Source: an uncultured Planctomycetales bacterium (GTDB lineage: Bacteria > Planctomycetota > Phycisphaerae > UBA1845 > PWPN01). Taken from it: a stretch of 64,000 nt of DNA. The DNA lies in contig CAZPIO010000008.1 of NCBI GenBank assembly GCA_964586235.1, positions 19,893 through 83,892 of the forward strand, read 5' to 3'. Shown piece by piece: positions 17,944-27,149 of the stretch. Each line of letters opens with the position of its first letter. Positions within the stretch are counted from its first letter, which is position 1. The notes under the pieces were generated by a model. The model saw only the letters and a program-made list of their open reading frames with translations. It was not told where the DNA came from and searched no databases. A program made the translations under genes and the position numbers.

Positions 17944-20900
17944 GTGCTGCGCCGGCTTGGCCAACTCGGTCTCCGCTTCGCACTGCTGATTGCCTGCGCG
18001 GGACAGACGTGCATGCAACCGGGTGAGGACGTCGGCGGATACCACCCCAGGAACCCTCGCGCTGGCGACGTGATCGATCCAAACCCAGACAACACAATCG
18101 ACCCGGCTTCAGTCAACGTGATGGCCGATGCCGGAGAGGACCAGACTGTCGATGAAGGCACACAGGTTGGGCTTGACGGCAGTCTCAGCACCGGCGATGG
18201 AGCGTTAAGCTACACTTGGTTCCAGGTTGCCGGAACCACGGTCGAACTCAGCGGCTACGATCAGCCGATGGCCAGCTTCACGGCCCCCCCGCCTTTGGCT
18301 GAGAGCGAAGTGTTACAGTTTCGACTGATGGTTCGCGTCAACACAGACGTTGCGGACGGCGTCTCGGTCCAGCCCGTTGTTAAGAGCGATACCGACGATG
18401 TCCAGGTGGTCGTCAGGGGGTTGGACTTTGATGGCGACGGATTGGCGGGTGCGGCGGACAACTGTCCGCAGGTGTCCAACCCAGCCCAGGAAGACGCCGA
18501 CGGCGACGGTGCGGGTGATGCGTGCGACCTCTGCCCGAATGATGCGGCCAAGACCGAACCCGGTCTGGCCGGGTGCGGCAATCCGGAACCGGCCGACCCG
18601 TCTGCTGTGGATAGTGACGACGACGGCGTTCCAGACGACACTGACAACTGTCCCGACACGCCAAACGCCGACCAGGCCGACTGCGACACGAATGGTGTAG
18701 GAAATGCCTGCGAAGCTGTACCCACCCCGCTCGTGACGGTATCGTGGAGCCCGGCCAGTCCAACAGCAGGCGATGCGGTGACGTTCCAGGCCAATCCGGC
18801 CGCCTCCGAAACGAGCTGTGTTCTGGACTGGTATCTCGCCAACGGGGGCAGGCTGACCTGGGATTTCGGCGACGGCAAGATTGCGGAAGGAAATCCGGTG
18901 TCCACAGCCTACGATTCTTCAGGTACGTACACGGTTAAGGTCACCCTGGTATTGACCGCGTTGGGCCTGGGCACGTTAAGCTGTGACCAGGGTCTGACCG
19001 ACGGCTCCTGCAAACAGGTCTCGGTCCCGGAGCGCGGCGCCACGGTCGTGCCGATCATCGCGGACGTCGCGGATCACACCGCGGCAGTCGGAGTCGCTTA
19101 CACCAGCAGCCCGACACTGACCCAGGGGACGGCACCGGTGACCTGGTCTCTCGTCGCCGGCCCGGCCAACATGACCGTCAACACGACCACCGGCCAGGTA
19201 TCCTGGCCCAACCCGGTGGCGGGCACTCACACGGTGACGATTCGCGCCGCCGGCACGACCGGCAGTGACGATGAGACGTGGGTTCTGACCGTCCAGGCCC
19301 TGCCCGTAATCGCGGATGTTCCGGACCACTCGGCCGTGGCCGACAGTCCTTACAGCCGCAGCCCGACGCTGACTCAGGGATCTACACCGGTCACCTGGTC
19401 GCTGGTATCGGGACCGTCCGGCGTCACGGTCAACGCGAGCACCGGTGCCGTGGCCTGGCCGAGCCCCGTGGTCGGCGCAAGCACCATCACGATTCGCGCC
19501 ACTAATGCCATCGGCAGCGATTATGAAAGCTGGACGCTGACCGTCTCGGCGAGCGCGCCGGTCATCGCGGATGTTCCGGATCACACGACCACGACCGGTC
19601 TGGCTTACAGCCGCACGCCGACCCTGGCGCAGGGCAGCATCCCCGTGACCTGGTCGCTGGTCAGCGGTCCGGCGGGGATGTCGGCCAACCCGAGCAGCGG
19701 CATTGTTTCCTGGCCCAGCCCGACGGTGGGCACCCACAGTGTGACCATTCGTGCCACCAACGGCGGCGGAAGTGACGATGAAATCTGGGCACTGACGGTC
19801 GTGCCGATCGGCAACTTCGCGATCATCTCGGGCAAGGTCACCCGCGTCATTACCGGCGGCGGCACGGCCCCGGTCGGTAACCTTGATCTGACATTCAGCG
19901 GCAGTGGCCCCTCGACCGGGCAGAATGTCACAGCCACCACAGCGGCCGACGGCTCGTACTCGGCCCTGGTTCCCCTCGGCTGGACAGGCAGGGCAGCCGC
20001 GACGGATCCCGACACGTGGCGGCTTACGCCGGCCAGCCTGAGCTTCACGGACGTCCGAACCGCACGCCCGAGCCAGCACTTCGCTGCCGCGCGGAACTAC
20101 TACGTCGCAACCACGGGCCGCGACACCGCTGACGGCACACTTGGGCGTCCGTTCGCAACTCCAAAGCGGGCGGCTTCCGCGGTGGAACCGGGAGACACGG
20201 TGTTCTTCCGCGGCGGGACCTATCGCGAGGCAACATCGACCCAGCAAGTTGTGCCCGTAATGGAAGTACTCAAGAGCGGCGCGGAAGGACATCTCATCAC
20301 CTTCAGGAATTATGGGAACGAGGTGGCGGTGTTCAGCGGTAGCATTCCGTCCATGCCCGGCAGCAAGAAGTTCGATGCGATCAGAACGGGTACGTACCCC
20401 AGCGACACGGCCAGCGCCTCGGGCAGCGGAGTCTCGTATCTCCACTTCGAAGGCCTGATCTTCGAGGATACGGCGCGGGCGGGGATTCTGGTCTGTGGTC
20501 CGGCGGCCAAGCTCGGCTTCGAGTTGCCCGGTCCGCCCGCGATCCGCATCACGATACGCCGCTGCGTTTCACGGGGCGGCGCCGGCTGGGGCTTCCTGAC
20601 CAGAGGCAAATGCAGCGAGATCATCATCGAACTCTGCGAAGCTTACAACCACTGGCAGACCGGCATCTTCCTCGGAAGAGTGTCCAAAACATACGACGAT
20701 GGTCTGCCGGAAGCGGATCGCAACACCGCAAGCTACAGCGAGATCCGCGACTGCCTTGCGCACAACAACGTGAACCCGGCCACCCCGGGCAATACGGATG
20801 GGCTCGGTGGAAGCCACACCTGGCGATGCGCGTTCAAGGACAACGTCGTGTTCACCAACAGCGATGATGGAATCGACATCTATGCGTCAATCGAGGCCGC

Positions 20901-21513
20901 CATCTCCGGCAACATCGTATTCGACCACAACCATCCGGACGGGAACGGATGCGGTTTCAAGATCAGCGCGGGTGGCGGCGGCAGGCACACCGTGTCACGC
21001 AACATCGCCCTGAACAACAAGGCCTGGGCATTTGAAACGTCGAACCCGAGTAATCCGCTGACGCCCTACTACGCAAACAGCTTCTACAACAACCTGGCGT
21101 ATGCCAACGGTCGCGACGCCTTCTGCCTGGGCAGCAACGCGGTCACGGGTGTCTGGATTCTCTCCAATAACATCACGCTGGCCGGTCTCACCCGGGACTA
21201 CAAGGTCTATGATCCGAAGATCACCAATTCAGACCACAACTTCATGCGGCAGTCGGACCTTCTACTTCTCCAGCAGAATGGAGACGATCTCCATTCGCGC
21301 ACTGGTGACGCGGCCTTCTCGAACCCGGGGACGGCTATCGACACCAACTTCGTCTCAGGCTGGAGCATCGAGCAGCGGTTGGAGCACGTCCGGTCGCAGG
21401 TTCGGGCGCGGTTCACGCTCAAGGCGTCTTCACCGTGCATCGACGCCGGCACCGACGTGGGTCTTCCGTTTCTCGGCAATGCCCCGGACATGGGACCGTA
21501 CGAGGCACGGTAG
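17944..21513 (+). CDS. Large multidomain lipoprotein: thrombospondin type-3 repeats, PKD domain, 3 tandem Ig-like (cadherin/dystroglycan-type) repeats, C-terminal right-handed beta-helix
   Basis: The GTG at 17944 gives 'MLRRLGQLGLRFALLIACAGQTC', a lipobox leader (an alternative ATG lies at 17811). TSP3 calcium-binding repeats 'DFDGDGLAGAADNCPQVSNPAQEDADGDGAGDACDLCPND' and 'DSDDDGVPDDTDNCPDTPNADQADCDTNGVGNAC'. PKD-like 'TWDFGDGKIAEGNPVSTAYDSSGTYTVKVTL'. Beta-helix coils in the last ~450 aa (e.g. NTDGLGG, SDDGIDIY, ISGNIVF). Confidence 0.85.
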   Translation: MLRRLGQLGLRFALLIACAGQTCMQPGEDVGGYHPRNPRAGDVIDPNPDNTIDPASVNVMADAGEDQTVDEGTQVGLDGSLSTGDGALSYTWFQVAGTTVELSGYDQPMASFTAPPPLAESEVLQFRLMVRVNTDVADGVSVQPVVKSDTDDVQVVVRGLDFDGDGLAGAADNCPQVSNPAQEDADGDGAGDACDLCPNDAAKTEPGLAGCGNPEPADPSAVDSDDDGVPDDTDNCPDTPNADQADCDTNGVGNACEAVPTPLVTVSWSPASPTAGDAVTFQANPAASETSCVLDWYLANGGRLTWDFGDGKIAEGNPVSTAYDSSGTYTVKVTLVLTALGLGTLSCDQGLTDGSCKQVSVPERGATVVPIIADVADHTAAVGVAYTSSPTLTQGTAPVTWSLVAGPANMTVNTTTGQVSWPNPVAGTHTVTIRAAGTTGSDDETWVLTVQALPVIADVPDHSAVADSPYSRSPTLTQGSTPVTWSLVSGPSGVTVNASTGAVAWPSPVVGASTITIRATNAIGSDYESWTLTVSASAPVIADVPDHTTTTGLAYSRTPTLAQGSIPVTWSLVSGPAGMSANPSSGIVSWPSPTVGTHSVTIRATNGGGSDDEIWALTVVPIGNFAIISGKVTRVITGGGTAPVGNLDLTFSGSGPSTGQNVTATTAADGSYSALVPLGWTGRAAATDPDTWRLTPASLSFTDVRTARPSQHFAAARNYYVATTGRDTADGTLGRPFATPKRAASAVEPGDTVFFRGGTYREATSTQQVVPVMEVLKSGAEGHLITFRNYGNEVAVFSGSIPSMPGSKKFDAIRTGTYPSDTASASGSGVSYLHFEGLIFEDTARAGILVCGPAAKLGFELPGPPAIRITIRRCVSRGGAGWGFLTRGKCSEIIIELCEAYNHWQTGIFLGRVSKTYDDGLPEADRNTASYSEIRDCLAHNNVNPATPGNTDGLGGSHTWRCAFKDNVVFTNSDDGIDIYASIEAAISGNIVFDHNHPDGNGCGFKISAGGGGRHTVSRNIALNNKAWAFETSNPSNPLTPYYANSFYNNLAYANGRDAFCLGSNAVTGVWILSNNITLAGLTRDYKVYDPKITNSDHNFMRQSDLLLLQQNGDDLHSRTGDAAFSNPGTAIDTNFVSGWSIEQRLEHVRSQVRARFTLKASSPCIDAGTDVGLPFLGNAPDMGPYEAR
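19045..19806 (+). repeat. Three tandem ~255-bp coding repeats (Ig-like modules 'P(V/I)IADVPDH...PTLTQG..PVTWSLVSGP...TIRATN..GSD.E.W.LTV')
   Basis: The repeat units begin near 19045, 19301 and 19558. Conservation between the units is visible at both the DNA and protein level. Confidence 0.85.
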
Positions 21514-21638
21514 TCTCATCGTGGTGATGGGCTCCCAGCGTTCGGGCTCATCCCCCGACGGGAGCCGGGGCATTTGCCTGGCAGGGCCTCGCAACCGGCT
21601 CAAGTCCGCATCGTGAGCGGCGAGGGCCGCCAGGACTG

Positions 21639-23090
21639 TCAACCCGTCGGGCTGCCGCGCGGCCCGGTGCGAGCACCGGCACCGACAGGAACGATCCGCT
21701 GGTCCACGTAAATCACCTTGCCACGCGGGGACAGAGAAATCGAATCGACGAGCTGTATATCGGCTTGCAGGCGGCCGTCGAGCTTGCGGCCAAGGTTCTG
21801 GCGGATCCGCTCACGGCTGTGGCGGTCAAAACCGTTGCCAGGGACGATTCGCAGGACTGCCCGGCCCGGCGTGTCCTGGTAGAACTGGAACTGCCGGACG
21901 TTGAGGAACGTGTCATCGTGCATGTTCATCGCGGTCCATGAGATCTCCGAGCCGTCCGACGCGATCAGCATCTCCTGAGTTCGATGACCGCGGATATCGC
22001 GGATAATCGCATGCTGCCGGCCGCAGGCCTCGCAGCGGTCGCCGGCCCATGTCGCGTAGTCGCCCGTGCGGTACCGGATGAAGGGCACCACGGTGTTGAT
22101 GAATCCGGTGCCGACGATTTCCCCCTGCTGACCAGGCGCCGTGACGGGTCGGCCCTGCTCGTCCAACAGCTCGAAGCAGCCGTACGTGGGCCAGACGTGA
22201 TAGTCCGTCGAGTGCTCGCATTCGGCGGCCAGGACGAGCTTCTCGGTATGACCGTAGCATGAGAAGAACCGACAACTGAACACTTCCTCGACCATCGCCC
22301 GTTGCTCGGGGTACACGATTTCCGATTCCGCGATGATCCCACGGACGTTGCGCGGCGGAGTCAACCCGGAGCGATGACAGAATTTCGCCAACGCGAACGC
22401 TGACGACGGGTACACGTGCAGAAAGCACGGGCCGATCGTGGCGACATGCTCAAGGTACCGTCGCATGTTCTCATCGGTCATGTGGAAGTTGCTGTAGTAG
22501 TGATGCCGCAGGATCGGGTCGTACTGATGCCGCAAGCCGTCTTGATTTTCCCGAACCACGCGTCCTCGGAAGACGGCCAAGGGGCACCCCACCGTGTAAC
22601 CGCACCGCTGCCAACTGCCCGTGAGATGGGCGTATTCGACAGCCGAGCGATCCGCGTTGAAGTAGAAGTGCAGGGGAACGCCTCCCGTACCTCCCGTGGA
22701 CACGTAATCGACGCTGCCCGCGTTAGGCGAAGTCGCGCACATCTCAGCCAGATGATCCCGAACGGTATCCTTGTCGATCGTTGGCAGATGAGACAGATCC
22801 TCGGGCCCTGTCAGATCACCCGGGCGGAAGCCCACGCTGTCAAAGAGGTGACGATAGTAGGCCGTCTTCTCGTATGCCAGGCGACAGATGCGCCGGAGTT
22901 GCACCAGTTGATATGTCCGTGACTGCTCCGCGGACCACCACTGGGCGGAATCCACAAACCGACAGTTGGCCCGAAACCGGGATCCCAGCCAATAGCGGCT
23001 CGGGACCAGCCCCAACACACGGCCAAACCGCTCCTTAACTGGGTCGGGGAGCTTCTCCCACAGGTTCTTACGTGATAATGCCCGCTTCAT
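21639..23090 (-). CDS. Adenylate-forming enzyme, phenylacetate-CoA ligase/CapK (COG1541, F390-synthetase-like) family
   Basis: 'VSTGGTGGVPLHFY' (P-loop-like), 'YRTGDYATW' (adenylation core), plus the overall length and layout of CapK-type proteins in capsule loci. The ATG at 23090 overlaps the stop of the upstream DUF362 gene by 23 nt. Confidence 0.75.
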   Translation of the reverse strand: MKRALSRKNLWEKLPDPVKERFGRVLGLVPSRYWLGSRFRANCRFVDSAQWWSAEQSRTYQLVQLRRICRLAYEKTAYYRHLFDSVGFRPGDLTGPEDLSHLPTIDKDTVRDHLAEMCATSPNAGSVDYVSTGGTGGVPLHFYFNADRSAVEYAHLTGSWQRCGYTVGCPLAVFRGRVVRENQDGLRHQYDPILRHHYYSNFHMTDENMRRYLEHVATIGPCFLHVYPSSAFALAKFCHRSGLTPPRNVRGIIAESEIVYPEQRAMVEEVFSCRFFSCYGHTEKLVLAAECEHSTDYHVWPTYGCFELLDEQGRPVTAPGQQGEIVGTGFINTVVPFIRYRTGDYATWAGDRCEACGRQHAIIRDIRGHRTQEMLIASDGSEISWTAMNMHDDTFLNVRQFQFYQDTPGRAVLRIVPGNGFDRHSRERIRQNLGRKLDGRLQADIQLVDSISLSPRGKVIYVDQRIVPVGAGARTGPRGSPTG

Positions 23091-24570
23091 TATCTGTCTC
23101 GGCAGCCTCGATCCGCCCTTCCCATCCGAAGTGCGGCTTGAAGGCGGCAGATGACCCGTTGACATCGACGAGGTTCCCGGAGAATCGGGCATCGTTGGAC
23201 CGCGCTTCAATATCCGCAAATCCGGGCAGGCCGGACAGCAACGGATGCCTCGCGGTTGCCCTGGAAAGAACCGGCAGTCGGCGAGGGTCAAAGCCCATCA
23301 GCCGGGCGCAAGCCACATCCACCGTCACCGGATTGAAGCCGGCCACCACCACTCCCGCCGGCTTTGGCGTCGGATCCAGCGGCCCGTTTCCTTCGCCGCC
23401 AATGATCCCGTCCACGACACTGAAGAATTGCCGGGCCGGCCGATCGCCAAGCCTGCCCTGGCTGTCCGCGTAGAGCAGGATGCGGTTGAGGTCGAGCACC
23501 ATCCGCCAGGTCGTGTCGTTGCCATACCAGTTGCCGGAACGGATCGTGCCGTTGTTGGTGTCCCCGAATACGCGTTTCCCCAGCGACTTCGCGGGCTTCG
23601 CAACCGCCGAGCGTAAGGGGCCCAGCAGCGGGAAGACCCGTCTGAAGCCGGTCATCAAGCCCCGCTCCATGCGATGGAGCAGCCCGTCGTCGGCAAACTG
23701 GTCGCCGCCCTGCGACGGCGTTCCCTCACGATGATGAGGCAGCCAGTTCTTGTTGCCGTTGATGCCGACGAGGTTCTTCAGGTTAACGGTAATGCCGGTT
23801 TTCTTGTGGGTCTTGAGCTTGGGGAGGCTGATCACGACATCGGCGTCCAGAACCGTCTTCGAGATCAGGTACTCGTGAACGTCGTCATGGTGGTGGCGGC
23901 GGATCTCGCTCGTATCGTACTCCGAGCCGTACAGCCGATGGCAGAGATGGTTGATTTCGGCAAACTCGGAATCCAGACCGAGGTTCACTCTGACATAGCC
24001 GGCCGGGTCGCCCGGAAGCGGCTCATGGCCGACGATGACGCCGTCAATCTTGCGGGCCCGCTCGGGACGCAGGTCGTAGACCTCGACCTCAAAGCCCGCG
24101 TGGCGGCGGTAGAAGTCCTGGATCTCTTGCAGGCCGGCGATGCGTGCGATGGCCTCGAAATCCGCGTCGTTGTGAGGGGCGTCGGCGATGATGATCCGGC
24201 CGCAGCCCTCCAAGGCAAGGTAGGCATAATCCAACACCGCTCGGATCACGGAACCGTGGGTGATCAGGCAGTCGCCGTGGCCCGGCCGCGTCTCCCGGAA
24301 CTCGCGCACGAAGTTGGGCTTCAAAACGACCGTGTCCCCCCGCTTGATGATGCCTTGGAGGGGATTCCATCCCGCCGAGAGGCTCCGGTCCGCGTCCAGT
24401 TCCAGCAGTTGCAGAGCCTGCCGGACCGCGGCGTATGCGGCGTTCGGACCGGGCGAGCGCGGCCCGCCCCTGAAAGGATACTCCGGGTAGCATTCCTGCG
24501 GCGAATAAGGGGGCGATTGCGGATAAGCACCATGCCCCGCGGAAATCGCAACGGATCGCGACGTCAACAT
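23068..24570 (-). CDS. DUF362 domain-containing protein
   Basis: 'IKRGDTVVLKPNFV' and 'CLITHGSVIRAVLDY' match the DUF362 core pattern. I chose the ATG at 24570, which avoids overlap with the upstream GT4 gene. Confidence 0.7.
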   Translation of the reverse strand: MLTSRSVAISAGHGAYPQSPPYSPQECYPEYPFRGGPRSPGPNAAYAAVRQALQLLELDADRSLSAGWNPLQGIIKRGDTVVLKPNFVREFRETRPGHGDCLITHGSVIRAVLDYAYLALEGCGRIIIADAPHNDADFEAIARIAGLQEIQDFYRRHAGFEVEVYDLRPERARKIDGVIVGHEPLPGDPAGYVRVNLGLDSEFAEINHLCHRLYGSEYDTSEIRRHHHDDVHEYLISKTVLDADVVISLPKLKTHKKTGITVNLKNLVGINGNKNWLPHHREGTPSQGGDQFADDGLLHRMERGLMTGFRRVFPLLGPLRSAVAKPAKSLGKRVFGDTNNGTIRSGNWYGNDTTWRMVLDLNRILLYADSQGRLGDRPARQFFSVVDGIIGGEGNGPLDPTPKPAGVVVAGFNPVTVDVACARLMGFDPRRLPVLSRATARHPLLSGLPGFADIEARSNDARFSGNLVDVNGSSAAFKPHFGWEGRIEAAETDNEAGIIT

Positions 24571-24575
24571 GGGAT

Positions 24576-25826
24576 TCACCGCCGGCTTTCCTTCTCGCGC
24601 CCCGCGGGGTAAGCGGACCGGATCGCCTCGCCTATGCAGCAGCGCCACCGCTCCGCGATCGCCTCAATACTGCAGCGTCCGGCAGCCTGGGCCGCCGCCC
24701 GCGAGAACTGCCGCCATCGCTCCTCGCTGCTCAAGAGCGAGAGGATGTGATCGCAATAACCGCCAATGCGGTTGGGTTGCACCAGAAATCCGCTCGTGCC
24801 GTGGGTGACCAGTTCTCCCAGTTCGCCAACATCGGCGACAACAGGCACCGCGCCCGCCGCCATGGCCTCGAGCATCGCGATCGAGAGCCCCTCGGATCTG
24901 GACGTGAGGACAAACACCTTCGACTGCGCCAGGATCGTGCAGACGTCGGATCGCCTGCCGAGAAAACTGATCTGCTGTGTCACGCCCGCCTGAACGGCCT
25001 GGATCTGGAGGAGCGGCAGGAGAGGTCCCTCTCCGACCATCACCGCCCGCACTCCGGGAGCCGACTGCTTCACAGCCGCGACTGTCTCAACGAACTGGTC
25101 AGGCTGTTTGATCGGCGCCATCCGTCCGACGAAGGCAAGGTCGTAGCAGCGATCACCGTTGCCGCCGGCCACGTCGCCAACGCTGCCCGTGATAATGTGG
25201 ACGGAAGCCGCGATGTGATGGGCAAGGAGAAAATCCTGCGCCTTGTGACCGCGCACCACGACCGTGTTGAATTCGCCGATGACCGCGATCGCCAGACGCT
25301 CAAGAAACGGGCGAGGCCGGCCCAGGTTGGCCGTCAGCCAGCTCTCACTGGCAAAACCGCCGCCAACGATCTCGAGCGGTCCGCCGGTCATCTGATAGCA
25401 GGTTGCGCTGCCGACCAGCTTGCCGACGATGAGAGCCGAGAGGCCGGCGGGGATGATGTGATAGCCCATGATCACATCGGGGGCAAACCGTACGCCGGCG
25501 ATGAAGGTCCAGATGAACTTGGCGAACGCCCTGCTGACCAGGCGCGAGAGCCATCGCGGGGGACAGAAAAAGCGGACGCGAGCGATCGGGGATTGAGGCT
25601 CGTCCACCACCAGAATCACTTCCTGCACGCCGCTGCGAGCCAGGGGAACTATGTGTGATTGATACCAGCCGGGATTGTGGAAGGTCCCGGTAACCAGAAC
25701 GCGTCCGGACGGCTTCCTGCGAAATCGGGGCAGAATCCGCGACAGGCGAGCAACGGCGAGAGCGATGCCGAAGGCGGACGCCAGGAGGAGATACGTGGAC
25801 GCAAAACGCAGTCTGGCCGCGATCAT
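24576..25826 (-). CDS. Glycosyltransferase family 4 (GT-B, group 1)
   Basis: C-terminal donor-binding signature 'VFVLTSRSEGLSIAMLEAMAAGAVPVVADVGELGELVTHGTSGFLV' (E-x7-E type). Confidence 0.85.
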   Translation of the reverse strand: MIAARLRFASTYLLLASAFGIALAVARLSRILPRFRRKPSGRVLVTGTFHNPGWYQSHIVPLARSGVQEVILVVDEPQSPIARVRFFCPPRWLSRLVSRAFAKFIWTFIAGVRFAPDVIMGYHIIPAGLSALIVGKLVGSATCYQMTGGPLEIVGGGFASESWLTANLGRPRPFLERLAIAVIGEFNTVVVRGHKAQDFLLAHHIAASVHIITGSVGDVAGGNGDRCYDLAFVGRMAPIKQPDQFVETVAAVKQSAPGVRAVMVGEGPLLPLLQIQAVQAGVTQQISFLGRRSDVCTILAQSKVFVLTSRSEGLSIAMLEAMAAGAVPVVADVGELGELVTHGTSGFLVQPNRIGGYCDHILSLLSSEERWRQFSRAAAQAAGRCSIEAIAERWRCCIGEAIRSAYPAGREKESRR

Positions 25827-25922
25827 TGTGGAGGTCGCCGCAGTGCTTGTGTCCGTGCTGGCTGCAAAAACGTATCGGTACCGACGCAGCCAGCACCTTT
25901 CGAATCACCCGGCCCCAGGAAC

Positions 25923-27140
25923 TCAATCATCACCGGCGGATCTCCGGGGCTTGTGGCCGTTCCTGTGAAGCAGATCCAGGTAGACCGCTTCCGTTTTCCG
26001 GGCCAGTGCCGCCGTGGAGAACTGTCTTGTTACCCATTCTCTCGCGTTCCGGCCGGTTGTCCGGCAGAATTCAGAATCGCCCAGCAGTTGGCAGACGCGA
26101 TCCGTCAATGCGTCGACATCTCCGAGAGCTACGATAAACCCTGTCTGCCCGTTCGGGACGATTGCGGCGTTGTCCGCGACATCCGTTGCCACCACGGGCA
26201 CGCCGCAAGCCATGGACTCGAGGAGCACGTTGGGGGTTCCCTCGCGGACGGAAGACAGCACGGTCACGTCGCACGCGTTATAGACAGCGGGCATGTCATG
26301 GCGGTTGCCGAGCAGGTGAAACCTCCCGGCGATACCGAGCGAATCGAGCAGGCATCGCATCTCGCGATGGTAGTCCGCCGCGCCCTGCTGGTTGTCACGC
26401 AGCGGCTCGCCCACACACAAGAACCACGTGTCACGGAATCTCTTGAGCACTTCGCGGGCCATCCGGAAGAAATCGCCGTGATTCTTCTGCCGCTTGAAAT
26501 GGGCCACCATGCCCACCACGTGATCTTCCGAGCGAATCCCCAGCTCGCGCCGAACCGTATCGCCGCCGCCCGGCGTGAATCGCCGGACGTCGACGCCGTT
26601 GTGTATCACGTGGATCCGATGGGCGGGGATGCCCAGCGTCCGGATGTTGAATCGCTTGCCCGCGGTGGAATTCGCGATCATGGCATGAAAGAATGGCCGC
26701 GTGAGCCGCAGGCACGCCTCCTCCACCAGCGACAAACGGTAGTCGGTGTTTCGCTCGGATGCGATCACGACAGACACACCCGCCATGCGGGCGGCAAGGC
26801 GGGCCACGATCTCGGCATCGTGCAGGAATGCATGCACCACCTGGATTCTGCGCTCCCGCATCACCCGCGCCGCCCGCAGGACCGTGGTCGCATCGAACTT
26901 CCAGCGTTTTTCCACGATGACCAGCTCCCGGGCGGGGTCGGGCAGCGCGTCGGCCAGCGGAACCTCAGCCGACAGCGAGCACACGACCGGCGCGAAGCGT
27001 GAACGATCGATCTCGCGCATCAGTTCCACGACCTGTCGCTCGGCCCCGCCGCACTCCAGGCTGCTGACCAGGAGCATCACCGGGATGGGGCCTTGATGAT
27101 CCGAACGCGTCTTGTTGATCGTGGAAACCATCCTTGACAC
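25923..27140 (-). CDS. Glycosyltransferase family 4 (GT-B, group 1)
   Basis: 'GGAERQVVEL' N-terminal motif and 'VTVLSSVREGTPNVLLESMACGVPVVATDVADNAAIVPNGQTGFIV'. Start is either the GTG at 27140 or the ATG at 27131. Confidence 0.85.
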   Translation of the reverse strand: MSRMVSTINKTRSDHQGPIPVMLLVSSLECGGAERQVVELMREIDRSRFAPVVCSLSAEVPLADALPDPARELVIVEKRWKFDATTVLRAARVMRERRIQVVHAFLHDAEIVARLAARMAGVSVVIASERNTDYRLSLVEEACLRLTRPFFHAMIANSTAGKRFNIRTLGIPAHRIHVIHNGVDVRRFTPGGGDTVRRELGIRSEDHVVGMVAHFKRQKNHGDFFRMAREVLKRFRDTWFLCVGEPLRDNQQGAADYHREMRCLLDSLGIAGRFHLLGNRHDMPAVYNACDVTVLSSVREGTPNVLLESMACGVPVVATDVADNAAIVPNGQTGFIVALGDVDALTDRVCQLLGDSEFCRTTGRNAREWVTRQFSTAALARKTEAVYLDLLHRNGHKPRRSAGDD

Positions 27141-27149
27141 CCGACCGCC

